The notes: generated from the letters alone by a model not told the origin. A stretch of 63,922 bases of DNA, filler included, from Olpidium bornovanus S191 (GCA_017911155.1; 34 parts of 34 records of this genome joined end to end with filler, not necessarily neighbours in it); one strand, 5' to 3'; shown: positions 36,397 through 50,088, numbered from the whole stretch's first letter. Numbers and translations: made by a program.

Positions 36397-38258
36397 CATG
36401 ACGAATTCGAACAGGAACTCCGGGCGCTCCAAAAGGCATACCGCGGAGGGTACTACGTACCCTCCTGAACAGAAACGAGGCGGACAAGATTCAAAAAAAA
36501 GGAAAAACCTGGGTGTTCGTTTTCGTATCCGGCAAGCGAGACCAACAATCCAATCCAACTCCTCCTCGTCGTGTCCGAAATTCAGAAACTCCGTTGCGCG
36601 CACCTGATCGGTAAAACTCCGTGTACTTGGTGTTTCTGATGGCCAGGGCGCGACCGAAGTAGGCGAAAGTCACGGCGTCTCTGTTCTCCTCGGAGCTGCT
36701 CTCCCGCGCGCCGTCACACGCGGAGCCGCCGTTCCGTACGCCGCCCACGGCGGAATTGCTCTCCGGCGCGCTGCTCCCCGCGGACTTGCTCTCCCGCATG
36801 CGCACGAAGCTGGGCGCCTCGCCGATGAACTCGATGGCGTCTCGATGCGCCTGTCCCGGATGACGGCCGTTCGTCAAACCAGCCAGCCGCGTCGGTCGGA
36901 AAGGGGAAGGGCGCGCGCCTCCTTTTTTTTTCCGGGCTCACCAGGACGAACGAGATCTCGGTCGTGTAAAACGAGAGCTTGCCCTCCTTCCAAAGGCCGT
37001 TCCTGTAGTCGCAGAAAAACGGCGTGGCGCCGATGTCTTTGAGCAGAACGAGCAATTTCGCCACGTCCTGGTTGTGTTTCGGACTGTAGATCGCCACCTT
37101 TTTGTCCTTCAGAGACGAGACGACCTAGGTCACCGATGCGCGAAACGGAGAGGTCGAAATCAACCGGGGATTGTGCGCGAATCGCCGGCAGTTTCGGTTC
37201 TCTCCCCCCCCCCTTCCCCCCCCCCGCCCTCCGCTCACGCGCTTGGGGATCCCCAGATCTCTGGCGATGCCCTCCAGCTCGCATTTGCGCAAATCTGGCA
37301 GCTCGGATCTCTGGATGTACAACGGCTGGTATTGGCTTTCCCTGAACATTCCGGGGAAACCCAACGAACAAGACGACGGCCGTAAGCAAAAACAACGTCG
37401 AGCCCGCGCCGGAAGTCAAATCGCTCGAACTGCCCGTGCCTGAGGGACCAACGACGTACTTCCTTACGTGCGCCGGTTCGGCGGGAACCACGCCGGCCTT
37501 GATCAACGCGCAGATGAGCGGGGGCTTGCGCGCCGGACGTTCCGCCGAACTATCCAAGCCCAGGAAAGTGCTGACGTCGGCGAACGCGGGGTTGAACATG
37601 AACGCCGTCGCGCTCCGCAGCGGGGCCACGGCTGCCTGAGCGTGCGGGCAGGGAGCTGATTAAACCTCGCTGGAAAAACGGGGGGGAAGGAAGAAAAAAG
37701 GCGGAACGCAAGGAAGCGTCTTGGAAGAACCCTGTCGACCTTTCGTGTGAAAAAGCTCCTACCACGCCGTTCTGCCCGAGCCACCTCGCCCACTCGGAAA
37801 GCTTCTGGTCGTCGGCCGGCCCGGCAGGTAAATCGGGCGTTGCCGCGTGCACAGCAAACCCCAGCGCCTCGCCGGCGTCGGCAGCGGAGGTGAGAAGCGC
37901 GTACGCTTCTTCTTTCTTCAAGAGATGCCGGACACGCAGCTCAGAGACCTCGTCACTGTGCGGCGCCCCGACAAATGAATTGCCACCCCAGTCAGAAGCC
38001 CGGCGGAGGATCGCGAAAACCCTGCTACCCTGAAAGACGTACAGAAGCGGCTTGACATCGGAGTCTTTCCTGATCGGGACGAAGGCGAGGTACGCGGCGG
38101 GCTGTTCGTGATCCGGCAGAGTGAAAGGACCAACCCGCCATGCGGTCTCTCCATCCATCAAGAAACTGCGAACGGCTCCTTCGGTAAGGGTGGCTAACGG
38201 GCACAACGGGACCGAACCGAGGACAAATAATTCCCTGAGAAGGCATTGAGGACGCACC
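36397..38258 (-). CDS. Multi-exon hypothetical protein, internal fragment
   Basis: Several protein-like exons with GT-AG borders (AWRVGPFTLPD..., ATAFMFNPAF..., KVAIYSPKHNQDVAKLLVLLKDIGATPFF...). Family not recognised. Confidence 0.55.
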
Positions 38259-38358
38259 NNNNNNNNNNNNNNNNNNNNNNNNNNNNNNNNNNNNNNNNNN
38301 NNTTAATTAATTAANNNNNNNNNNNNNNNNNNNNNNNNNNNNNNNNNNNNNNNNNNNN

Positions 38359-39610
38359 CATGGAAGCCGATACTTCGCCGCGTTGGCCGGGCACTGTCCC
38401 ACTCACAAGAGCCGGTATCAGACATTCTGCATAAAGGTGTAGCAGGCGGGGATGGAGCTTCTCGTCAAAGGCAGAGAAGCCTGAAAGGAGCGCGAACGCC
38501 AGCTCGACTAATCTGGCTGTCCACATCGGCTTCCTGCGTACCAGCACCCGAACGAGATCCAATGTTATTGCTTGCACGGCGAACGGTGGGCGGGAGGGGC
38601 GTGGATTGGATAACCCGTGCCGGCTCTCGTTTTGTATTATACTGCTTATGATTTCGGTGAGCCTGTCAAAGACGTGGTACGTCGTGAGGACGTGGCGTTT
38701 CGGAGTTCGTGGCTGCGGGGATACGTCTTCCTGCTCGCCTTCTTCAACCGCATCGCCCGAGATCTCTGCCGACGATGTCAGGGAGCTAACCGGTCAAAAT
38801 TTAGCAAATAAACGAGAAACCGAGGGAAAAGGATGGGATAGGAGAAAATATGGGGAATGAGCTTTTGTGGCAAAATTTGTCCAATTTGAGACAGATGTCT
38901 CGGAGCATTTTGGACTTCGTAAGAAACAAAAATTCGGGTTTGCATACTTGCCCACGAGATTCCTCGTCGGCAAAGTCAGCTCCAGGCCTCCGGATCGAAT
39001 GGTGTTCAAGCACGCGCCACATCTCATTGTCCAGCAGAAGGCCGCGGAGCTGCAACAGATTCTCCGCAAGGTCGTCCGTGGAGTTCGCTTGCATTGCAGC
39101 CGTAACGCGCGGGTTCGCTTGGAAGGACGGCGGAATAACGGCGAGGTCCACCTCGTCGGAGAACAAAGGGAACGTGAAACGTCCCGGAGGCAACTTTCTG
39201 GCCTCAAGCCTGTTTAGCAGGTCGCTTATCTGACTCAGATCCGCCTCCCTGGTGTGCCTGAAGGCAGCCAGGGAAAAGCGGCGAGTCATGTTCGACGCGC
39301 TCAGACCCTGGGGGAGCGACATCCTCCTCCCCAAAAGCTGTCGCCGCTGCTGTTCGGCAGCGACATCGGAGTCGCGCTGCTGCTGCTGCTGCTGCTGCTG
39401 TTGCTGCTGGCTATGCGGTGGGCGCGACAGTTGCTGGCCGGGCAGAAACCTGACAGATGAGACCCGCCTGGGAGTGGCCGACGAGACGTTCGACAGGTGT
39501 CCACCCGCCGTGCCGAGCGCGGCAAACGACTGACTCTGGCTGACGCGTCGTAGGGTCTCGCGGGTGCCGCGCCTGCCGGTCGCGGGCGGGGCCAACAGAT
39601 CCTGCGCCAT
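38359..39610 (-). CDS. Hypothetical protein: polyQ, RRxS-rich N-terminus followed by a helical (HEAT-like) region, 3'-truncated
   Basis: ORF 39610-38801 with Q11, plus later exons HVFDRLTEIISSIIQNE and LDLVRVLVRRKPMW...FDEKLHPRLLHLYAECLIP. Confidence 0.65.
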
Positions 39611-42600
39611 AGCGCTCGCGTTACACGCGAGCGGAGGGCCTCAGCCTGACGCACCTGCTCCCGCCCTAGACACCGCAGCTGATCCCGCTCCGGCGCTGAG
39701 ACGGCCCGCCGAGGAGGAGGGCGGGGCGGGCGGGGATTTTGTGTGCGGGGCGCGTTCCTCCCCCGCCGGGCACGCCCCGATCGGAAAAATACAAAAAAAA
39801 AAAAACATCTCACACCTCGCCCCGCAAGGCGCGCCCCTTCGCTGCGGACGAATTCGCGCCCGGCAGCCGTTGGAGGCACACATGNNNNNNNNNNNNNNNN
39901 NNNNNNNNNNNNNNNNNNNNNNNNNNNNTTAATTAATTAANNNNNNNNNNNNNNNNNNNNNNNNNNNNNNNNNNNNNNNNNNNNCATGAGGACATTTGTG
40001 TCAGAAAACGACAGATAGTCGAAGCGTCACGTGACCTTCTTTTTGAAGCCTTCCCCCTTCCCCCTCTTCTTCGAACTCTCTTGATACAAAACTCCTTCGG
40101 TGAAAGGTCTTCCAAAGGTTTCGAGCCCAAGGGCGACCGCCCTCCTGTTCCGACTTCTCTGAACACGTCACCGCGACACGTCTCGCCCGCTGACGTCGGA
40201 GCCGTCTCGCGCCCGCCGCCGCTGAGCTGTCGTCGCCGCGCATCGCCGCGCCTCTGCCCAGCCGCCCGCGCTCGGCGTTGCCGCGCTGACGCCACTTGTC
40301 CTTTCTCCGACAACCTCTGCGCGTGCCGAGCGCGCCACCAGCTGCCGACATTGCAGCGCTTCCCAGCAAACTCACCCGCCGTCTGCGCCACCGCGCGTCA
40401 CCGGCGTCGAAGAGAGGCGTGGTCGAAGTCGTAGCTACCGCGTCGAAACGAACGTCCTCGACGTCGAAGAAAAGCGTCGTCGAAGCCGCTGCTTACGCGC
40501 GTAGACGCCGTCATCTCAGACGTTGAAGACAAACGACACCGAGGTCGGGGCCACAGCGGCGAAACCTCCCGACCGCAGGCGACGGACAGCGCAAACACAA
40601 ACTAAAGAGAAGTAGATTCAGCACAAACACAAACTAAAGACAAATAGACTCCGCGCCCTTCCCTTTTTTTCGCCTTCGCCGTCTCCCACTTTTTTCTTTC
40701 GCTCCCCAGCGTCTTCCTCACCGCTCCGTCCCCTCCACCGTTGGTTTCATGCTCCTTGCTGTATTTCGAATTACATTGTTTCAAGCGCAAAAGGCGGTAT
40801 ATTTGTGCCGCTGGTAAATAATCAAAGGTTGATGACAAACGCTATGACAGCTCCAAACATTCCTGCTCCAGATTTACAAATATCTTTTGGTGTCTTCTTC
40901 CCGGCACAAAAGCTTTCTTTTCATTGTACGATATGCTGACTTCTTGCAACAATTTTACCTTGATTTGCTTTTTTGGGAAAGGCCTAGACGCGCTCGTGGC
41001 AAGGCTGCGAAATCAAGTAGCAAAGGAATTTTGGACGCGAGAAGGAAACAAAGTCCGCATCAAAGAAGGACATTGGTGTTCTAAGCACGCTTCGCAAGTT
41101 CGAACAGAAACATTGTGGCAGCCCGCGAAACACGGGTAAAAAACAACAGGCAAATGGACTGGATGAATATGCAAGAGAGGACAAAATGGGCGCCTGTTGC
41201 AATGCAAAGACAACAGTGCAAAAGCTCAGAAAGGATTAGCGAAAAGGGTAAGGGGGAGAGGAGAATCGGGTGGAGGGAAACAAACAGGATCCACAAAAAG
41301 CAAACTCTATCGCAGCCATCTAGGATATCCCTTAATTAGAATCCTGTCAATCGCAGACCTGCCGATGGCCGATCCGCCATCCTGCTCGAGCGTAAACAGA
41401 GCGTCCCGTGCAGTAACCTTCCGTGGCCCGTGAGCGCGCGATGGCCGCAGCAATGGCGCAGCAGTTCCGGAAGGGGTCAGGTTTGCTGCGGCAGCCCCCT
41501 CCGCAGCGGCGACCATCCACGCTCGCTGCACAAGGCCTGCGGACATGNNNNNNNNNNNNNNNNNNNNNNNNNNNNNNNNNNNNNNNNNNNNTTAATTAAT
41601 TAANNNNNNNNNNNNNNNNNNNNNNNNNNNNNNNNNNNNNNNNNNNNCCCCCCGGCCCCCCGCCCCCCCCCCCCCCCCCCCCGGGATCGTGCTGAACTGA
41701 AGTCGCGCACGGGGCAGCGGCGTTTCCAAGATCAGGTAGCCCGCCGCGGTCTCGTGCGGACACGCGCACCGACGGAAAATGGATAACAAAAAAAAATAAG
41801 GAACACCCGTGCGTCGATCTGAGCCGGGTTCTTCGGACCGTTTCGGCCGGTGGAATCCCACGCACGCTTCAGACAATGCCATCAGCGAGATCGGCCAGGT
41901 TTTTTGAAGCCCCGCGAGCTGACGCGCCGCGGAAGACTGCGCCTTGAAAGGAAGCGGACGGTAGCAACCCGGTGTACCGCTATAACGACCACCCCGCCCG
42001 CGTGCAAAACCTTTTCGCCACGTACCCCCGGGCGGAAACGCCAATTCGAACCCGAAAACCCGCTTGGCTTCGTTTCTGACGCCTTTTGCGTCCGCCGGTG
42101 TGAGTCAGGCCAGCGCCGCCTACGCGGAGAAGTTTTTACACCGGCTCGTTTATTGTACAAAGGGAGATCCAGACAACGTAGGCTTCGTTGCACTCCCCGT
42201 GAGCACCACTTGGAAATTTGCTACTAATGCAATTGTCTTTCAGATCGTGCCAACAGTGGCCGCATGCACTTGTCTTCTCGAAAGATGCAAGTGTGGTGTC
42301 GTTATGCAGTAGGAGACAACCTGTTTGACTGCTCAGGGCAAAAGACGAAGGGATCTGTACAACGGAGGTCAAAACTCGAGAGCATCTGCCCTTTCTACTC
42401 ACAACTGAACACCCTCCTTTTAACATGGAAGAACATCACTGCGGTTGCCAGGGAGGCCAGCAGGGCGGACAGGAACTTCCACCAGCTTTTCATCGGACGT
42501 GTGTCTGCCTCTGACTGTTCAACCGCATCTGGAGGACAATGCAGCTCCGCGGTCCCTAATTCTCTGGTGCGATGCCGGATGCGCGGTCCAAGAACGGGCA

Positions 42601-42951
42601 CGTATACTGGCCGTGTGCGAAGAAAGAAAATATGGCCGTCAGTGGGGAAGGACCCCACTTTCGCTTCAACTGAAGCGGAAAAAAGGCGTTGGGGAAGCGG
42701 CCCCCGTCAGAAGGCCGAGAAAAGTTGTCACATGACCTACGGATGCTTACCGCTATGGGTTCAACAAAACGGCATTACAAACGCGGAGGCAATTAAAAAA
42801 TAAAAATAAAAAAGGACGCCGGCGGCAATATCGCGGCAAGCAGTTATAGGGNNNNNNNNNNNNNNNNNNNNNNNNNNNNNNNNNNNNNNNNNNNNTTAAT
42901 TAATTAANNNNNNNNNNNNNNNNNNNNNNNNNNNNNNNNNNNNNNNNNNNN

Positions 42952-44139
42952 CAGCAGACTCCAAGCTATGGCATGAGGCGATTGCGAAGGAGCTGGCAGT
43001 GCACTCCAAGCACGGGACGTGGGACGCCGACGTTGTGGCGCTGCCACCGGGGAGGACTGCCGTTGATACAAAATGGATATTCAAGGCCCAACGAAATGCC
43101 GACGGAACTCTAAAAAAGTACAAGGCTCGCCTGGTAGCGCGAGGCTTTACGCAAGTCCATGGAGTCGACTTCCATGAGACATACGCGCCCGTCATGCGAC
43201 TGGCCACTCTGCGGATTTGCCGGGCGCTCGCCGTCAGGAAGAGGTGGGCCATAGCCGACGTGGACGTGGAAGCTGCGTATCTGAACAGCGACCTGGAAGA
43301 GGAGGTGTACAGCGACATACCAGAAGGGCTGTCTATCAAGGGTGACAAAACTGGAGTGCTACGACTGCGTCGACCGTTGTACGGCCTGAAACAAGCCGGA
43401 CGCGCGTGGGGGACAAAGCTGCGAGCGGCACTCGTCGGACTGGGATTTTGCCAGGCAGTCGCCGACCAGGGGGCCTACGTCAGGATGGGCAAGGCCGGTG
43501 TCGAGAGTACGAGCCCCTCTCGGTAGGGATGGCAGGGGAGACGGGATGGCGGGGGCCCTTGCTGCGGGGTGGTGCTCTCGCGGCGGGGCGGTTCTCCCCC
43601 GAGGGAAGAAGAGGAGGTACACGACGCTGGACGCGAGACCGTACTTACCTTCGACGACCTCTTCGAACGTTCCGTCGACGCGTGCCGAACTGACTTTGAG
43701 GAAGCCGAGCACCATCGTTTCGTCCCGGCCCAAGGAGCGCGCCGACAGTCCGTCGTGGCCTGCCGCGGTCGCATAGCATCCGGAAAAAAACAGGGACCGG
43801 TCTTCTCTCCTCGTTTTGTTTATTATGTTCGTCGCCGGTGGGGGGGGGTCTTTCTTCTTTCTACGTGCGATCAACGATATCTTCGATGCGCAACGCGCAC
43901 ACGTGACTAAAAAAAAGGGGCACCGGTATTTCTCCGACATCGGTGCGAACGCCTGGGTGCTTACCTGGGTCGACGACCTTGTGGTGTTCGCTCAGACGGA
44001 GGCGGAAACAACGGAGATTCTCCAGGCCTTGGGAGAGACATTCACGCTGACCGTGGGATCACTATCGTCACTCGTCGGCTTGAGGATCCGCCGACATGAG
44101 GATGGGATTACTATCGATCAGGAAGCATACATTTGAGAA
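42952..44139 (+). mobile_element. Ty1/copia reverse transcriptase (RVT_2) fragment, interrupted
   Basis: KWIFK...YKARLVARGFTQVHGVDFHETYAPV, DVEAAYLN, LYGLKQAGRAW and WVDDL. Split by an insertion at 43499-43939. TGA near the contig end. Confidence 0.95.
43499..43939. mobile_element. 441-bp solo-LTR-like insertion nested in the copia RT
   Basis: Termini TGTCGAGAGTAC...GTATTTCTCCGACA (TG..CA, imperfect inverted ends), flanked by CCGG/TCGG. Removing it with one duplicated copy restores the frame MGKAGANAWVLTWVDDL. Confidence 0.75.
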
Positions 44140-44361
44140 NNNNNNNNNNNNNNNNNNNNNNNNNNNNNNNNNNNNNNNNNNNNTTAATTAATTAANNNNN
44201 NNNNNNNNNNNNNNNNNNNNNNNNNNNNNNNNNNNNNNNATTTTTTTTTTTTGTTTGCGCCGTTCAAAAGTTGCCGGGGGGGTTTTGTTTTTTTTTTTTT
44301 TTTTTTTTTTTAGGGGGGGGGGGGGGGGGGGGGGGGGTTTGGGGAGGGGGGGGGGGGGGGG

Positions 44362-44395
<34 letters not shown>

Positions 44396-44975
44396 AAGCA
44401 AGAAAAAAGGAATGGTGCGCGCGGGGCAGGGCGGGGCGGGCCGGTGCGGCCAGTCGGGGGTGCGGGGGTGTGGTGCTGTGGGACCGCGGCGGCGTCGGCC
44501 GGGCTGAGGTGTTGGGGGGGGAAGAGGGAGGGAGGATGCGTCGAAAGCTGATTCTGAGAGAGAGGGAAAAAAAAAGACGCTGGCGGTTGAAAGCGAGGGG
44601 TGGGGTGGGCACCAAGGGGGGGGGGGTGGGGTAAAAAAAAAATCTTGAAAAAAAAGAAAGGCCGGTTCTGTCCCGTCCTCGCCCTCCCCGGCGATCCCCC
44701 CCCCCCACACGACGTCATGTTTGGTTTATCCCGTCGGCGAGCAAAAAAAAAAAATGAAAATAAAAATTAAAAAATCACATCGCCGCGCGCCCTCCCCCGA
44801 TGTTCCGCGGGCTTGGGCGGACGTAATTGCCGCAACGGCTCTGGATGACGCCCTCTCACCGAAAAAAACGACGCCCCTTGTGGGCTCAAACCTGGTAGTG
44901 GCCGCCGGACGCAAAAGGGGGGCTTCGGGTACCGGCGCACCGCGGGCTGCCCGGCGACGGCCGAAAGCGACGGCA

Positions 44976-45006
<31 letters not shown>

Positions 45007-45179
45007 GGAGGGGGGTCGGGGGACGAGTGACGGGCGCGGGGGGGGGGGGGAAGGGGCCTTCGCGCGGCGGAAGATGGAAATAACGAGAGGGAGGGAGAAA
45101 CGGTGGGCTCCCCGGCGGAGTGCGCGTGCGTGTTTGTGTGAGCGCGTGCGCTCGCGGCGTAATTGAAGGTTTCTGTATA

Positions 45180-45228
<49 letters not shown>

Positions 45229-45265
45229 CCCCCCCCCCCCCCCCGCCCCTTTTTTTTTTTGTTAG

Positions 45266-45359
45266 CGCTCCACGATCTCCAAGGCAGCCAGCTTTCCAAC
45301 TCCGTCAAGGGCGGCGGGATCCGCCTGTCGTACTCTAAGAACCCCCTGGGCGTGCGGCA
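45266..45359 (+). CDS. WHI3: Whi3/Whi4/Scw1-like RRM protein, exon encoding the end of the RRM
   Basis: After a TTAG acceptor: ALHDLQGSQLSNSVKGGGIRLSYSKNPLGVR, the family signature GGIRLSFSKNPLGVR. Confidence 0.85.
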
Positions 45360-46603
45360 NNNNNNNNNNNNNNNNNNNNNNNNNNNNNNNNNNNNNNNNN
45401 NNNTTAATTAATTAANNNNNNNNNNNNNNNNNNNNNNNNNNNNNNNNNNNNNNNNNNNNCATGCAATCCCCCTTCCCACATCCCGTGCAAATTCCCACAA
45501 ACAATGGACTAAGATCTCAGAGGTTCTCAACCAGAAAGTGGAGTGACCAGACAAAGCAAATTAATTCCCGTTTTGTGCGTAGAGTATATCCCAGGCGTTT
45601 TTCGTGAGAGACCTTTTCTGAGTGAGCCAAACTCACCAAAATCAGCGACATCGAAAAGATACCGCAAGTGGAGAAACGGGACTCGGATTAATTAAGCGGA
45701 GAAATTATTTTTTGTTTTTGTTTTTTCAGGGTATCAGGGGCTTTTACCGTGGCGCTACCTCACACGAAGCCAACCGACGTGCAGAAAAAAGTATTATTTG
45801 TGACATTTAGCAACGTTTCTGTGTGGAAAATACCGGTTAGCGGTTAAGGTTAAGCAACACTGCTGGTCCCCACCGTCGATTCGCCTTTTTGTTTTTGGGT
45901 TTTGGCGCGTGTTCGAACTGCGTGTGCAGCTTGCCCCGCCCCGGCGGAACCGCAAACGCAAGGGACAGAAATCCCCCCTCTACCGCCGCGTGAGCGCCCG
46001 TTTCAGATCTGGTCACCAACGCGGAGCCGGGCTCCCCAGGCCGCGCGCTGCAATAATTTCTGCACCGCGCGGTCCTGGCTTGCACCCCCCTCCCCGCTTC
46101 CCCTCCCTTCCCCTCCCCCTTTCTGCAAAAAAGAAAAAATACCCAATCAAAAGAATGTCGCCGTTTTGACGAAACTCCGCGCAAACGCAAAAAAATCAAG
46201 GCTTCGTTTTCGTCTCCGGACGCACGTGGCGTCAGGCTGCTGTGTCCCTCGCCTTTGCGCCCGTTCACTCCCCCCAACCCTCCGTCCCCCCCCCCTTTTG
46301 GCGCGTATCTGCGGCGCCCCGGTAACACCGGACGGGGTTGCGCTAGCCGCTTTCTTGCTGACAAACCCGTTCGATCAGACGGAGAGGTCGCCTATTGACA
46401 GACTGTTCGGTCGGCCGAGTTCGCCCCAGCCGGCTTCGCTGCCAAAGGACCGCCTATGACACCGTTTCCCAATCCCCCCCCCTCCCCCCCTCTCCCAGTC
46501 CCGTTAAAGCCGACCGGCAAGCCAAATGTGCCCTCTGAAACAGCTACCGGCCACTGTACCAATGCCGAATGACGAGTTTCCGGGAAAGCCGCTCCCGTCT
46601 GCA

Positions 46604-46645
<42 letters not shown>

Positions 46646-46774
46646 CCCCCCCCCCCCCCCCCCCCTCGTGCTGCNNNNNNNNNNNNNNNNNNNNNNNNNN
46701 NNNNNNNNNNNNNNNNNNTTAATTAATTAANNNNNNNNNNNNNNNNNNNNNNNNNNNNNNNNNNNNNNNNNNNN

Positions 46775-47336
46775 CATGGCCGGTCTCAGCAACTTTGCCC
46801 GCGGCCGTGATTCCAACGGACGCCACGCCGCCTCCGCCGGTGCCCGTGGAGTCGCGCCAGCTTTGAGGCTCTGCAGTCTTCTCTGGCAAGGCAACAGCGG
46901 CTGACGTCGTGATCGTATCTTTCAAGGACCGATCGCTGGTGACTGTGACTGTGTCCTGTCCAGGGTAGGTATTTCCAAGGAGCGAGTCGCCAGTTTCTCT
47001 GGGCGCCGTTTCCGGATCATCGCTCTGGTTCTCCTCCTCCGTCGCTTCGAAAATGCTGGGCCGCCGCTCGTCCTCCTCGTAATGTCCATGCGGGTCGGCG
47101 TCCGCCGTCTCGGATGCAGCAGCCGGCGGCGGAAGCCCGCCGAATGAGACCCCTTCAACCGTCGACGGCGACGCTTCGCGCGCGCTCGTCTGCGAACTCG
47201 TCGGCGTATAGATCGAGAGATCGGTTGCTCCTTGTTTTTCGGCGAGCGCGGAGGCGAACTGCTCGCTCCGAAACCGTGGCGGACCGGTTCGATCGTCGCC
47301 TACGGCTGAAGGAAGGACCCGAGAACGTCTCCGCAT
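46775..47336 (-). CDS. Hypothetical acidic Ser/Thr-rich disordered protein segment
   Basis: Frame is open to the contig end, with E/D/S/T-rich composition. No motif recognised. Confidence 0.35.
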
Positions 47337-48541
47337 TGCGCCGCGGGTTCAATACGCGTCGCGTTGCACAGCCCCCGATCTTCTCGCTGCGCCGCGCCGA
47401 TGGACCCTGAAAGGGGGAGAAGACGACGCAGAGCGCCAACGTCACGAGAAAATTTCAGCCTTTCGGCAAACGCGCGACGACAAAAATTCCGTCGACCTCA
47501 CACTCGAGGCCGTCGGTTCTAGCGGGTTAAAGAAGCGTTGATCACCGTGCGCGGTGCGCCGCCGAAAGAGCGGACGAGCCGTCCCGGGTGAAGTAGCGTG
47601 ACGAGGGCAAGGGCAGGCCGGCGGGGGTGGGGAGGAGGAGAAGGGAGGAGCAGGGGGGCAAACGTGGCGGCCCCGCCAGAGGAAACGAACGTGGCGCGCG
47701 ACGTGTTTGAACTGATTATCGCGTGCCGCGCACGTCGAGGGCGGTCTCCGCACGCGACTCGACGCTGCTCGCGTGAGATCTTCCTCGGCGGACGCACGGC
47801 GGACGCGTCTGCTCGTTTCCCGCGCTCGACCGAGACACGGGAGGGGGTTATGGAGTCCCGCCTCGTGGCCGCGTGACGCTTCCCCCCCCTCTTCCCGCCG
47901 ACCCCGGCGGGTGGCGTTTTTGCAAAGACCGGAAATTTATTCTTTTAAAAAAATTAAAGAAAAAAAAAAATAAAAAGAAAAGACCACCCGAGCACTTCTC
48001 CCGCCCGATTCGCCGCACCAGGCGCCCGCAATGACGAGATTGCTCCGGGCGACATCTGCCGCGCGCGGACCTGTCTGTTTTGCGCACCGCACGGCGCCCC
48101 ATGCGCTTAAAGCCCTCTCCCCCGCCCCTTTGTTCTAAGAGGGTGCGCGGCACATCTGCTCCCAGGTTTAGAGGCCGTGTTGTCGCACCTTCATGTGAAG
48201 ATGACAGGGTGTTGTGTATCGGTGTGCAAAGCTCTCAACGCCACGCGCGCGGCCATCAGGGACGACGCAGGCGTCCGCGTCCGTGTCCCCCCCCCCACCC
48301 CCCCGCCCGGTGCTAGGCGGAGAGCACTGCCGGAATGCCAGTCGATGGGAGATTTTTGCTTTTTTTGCAGCAGCCAGAACGGCGGCGCGTTCGGCAAAGT
48401 CTCCGTGCCGCAGGGCACCGGAGGGTGTGTCCGTGAAGAGTTTTTTTCCATTGGAAAGTCAAGTTGGGGGGCAGCGCAGCCCCCCAATTCGTTTCCGGGC
48501 AGGAGCGGCATCGTCCATAAGTCTCGCCGCAGCACCCTCTT

Positions 48542-48648
<107 letters not shown>

Positions 48649-48858
48649 ACACCCCCCCNNNNNNNNNNNNNNNNNNNNNNNNNNNNNNNNNNNNNNNNNN
48701 NNTTAATTAATTAANNNNNNNNNNNNNNNNNNNNNNNNNNNNNNNNNNNNNNNNNNNNCACACCGACCCCGTTTTCTGCAATCCAGGATACACGATATTT
48801 TGATGAAAGGAGAGATTATTTTTATTATGTAATTGGTATTCGGATGAAACAGTTGAAT

Positions 48859-50011
48859 CTATTTCTTTCTGTCACCATGCTAGAAGACGGTGTAAGCGGT
48901 GACCATCGCAAAAAAAAAGATGAAGGAAGAAACCAACCGATATTAGAGGGTTACACGCGAGCGCAGAACATACGCATGGGAAATGTCACAAACTCTGACC
49001 TTGTTTGCGCCGCGGACCTTCTTCTCACGATTCTTCCTCTCCTTCCGCTGCTTGCGAGATGTCTTGGGAGCCTGCTTCAAACCATGCTGCATACGTGGCG
49101 ATACATGGTGAGCCAACGAGCGCGCGTCTGTTACGGAAACCAGAGCAGCTCTCCCCGCCCGGCCCCTCCTGCTCCACTCGAGCAGGTGGAGCCCGGAGAG
49201 GTAGGGTCGGTCTCCCCCCAGTTGAAAGCGAAAACGCACCCTGACGAGGCGGTGTTTGGGCTCGAACTTGTTGGAAGCGTCAGTGGAGTCGTAAATAAGG
49301 CCAAAGCCGGTCGACTGTCCGCCACCGAAATGAGTCTTGAAGCCGAAAACAAAGACAACCTCTTTGTCGACCTTGTACATCTTGGAGAGCTTGTCGCGCA
49401 CTTCGTCGCGAGACACGGGGGCGCGGCCCGGGTGGAGGACGTCCACTACGAACTGCTTGCGCTGGAGCAGGCGGTTCGTGAGGAACTTCCGCGTGCGGAT
49501 AGTTGCGGTGGCATCTGCCTGCGGAAGGACGGGAAGGACGGGAGGCGCAGAAGCAGGACGGGGGCCGGCGTTTCAGTCCCTCGCGGCTGCCGGGAGCCGA
49601 GTTCGGCGGATTCGGGAGCAGCGTCTGCGCGCGACGTCAGACAGCCAGCGTCCCCCCGTCCCCATTCCTCTTTCGCCGGGTGCGGGAAACCACGCCGCTT
49701 GTTCACTCTTTTCTGCGGCCGTTCTTCTCCCCGCGCTTTCGGCCTTCCTGCCGACCAGGTTCCGGTGCTCGCGGAGAATCCGAGGCGGAAGGTGGGGCAG
49801 GAAGGGGGAACCGGCCAGGCTCCATCGTGCAAAACGGCCGGTCTCACGCCCTCGGCTTTTGGCCCCGCCCCCGGCGCGAGCAGAGCGCGCGTTGCCCAGG
49901 CACCGCGGGGGGAGAGATGGGGGCGGGCGGCGCGAGGCCGGCGGGTTGGCTGCGAGGATGGGATGGGCGGGCGCGTGTCCCGAGCGCAAAGGCAGCGCTC
50001 GCCCTTACCAT
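48859..50011 (-). CDS. RPS24: 40S ribosomal protein eS24, complete, 4 exons
   Basis: Exons 50011-50009 (ATG only), 49518-49240, 49086-49000 and 48879-48859 give [33 protein letters not shown]...[21 protein letters not shown]...[12 protein letters not shown]...KK*. Confidence 0.97.
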
Positions 50012-50037
50012 TGTGGTATAGTCGGAAAACTTCCGGC

Positions 50038-50088
<51 letters not shown>

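Noticed and set aside
39985-42851. ORFs on the two contigs in this interval
   Set aside because: I found no recognisable motifs or consistent exon structure.
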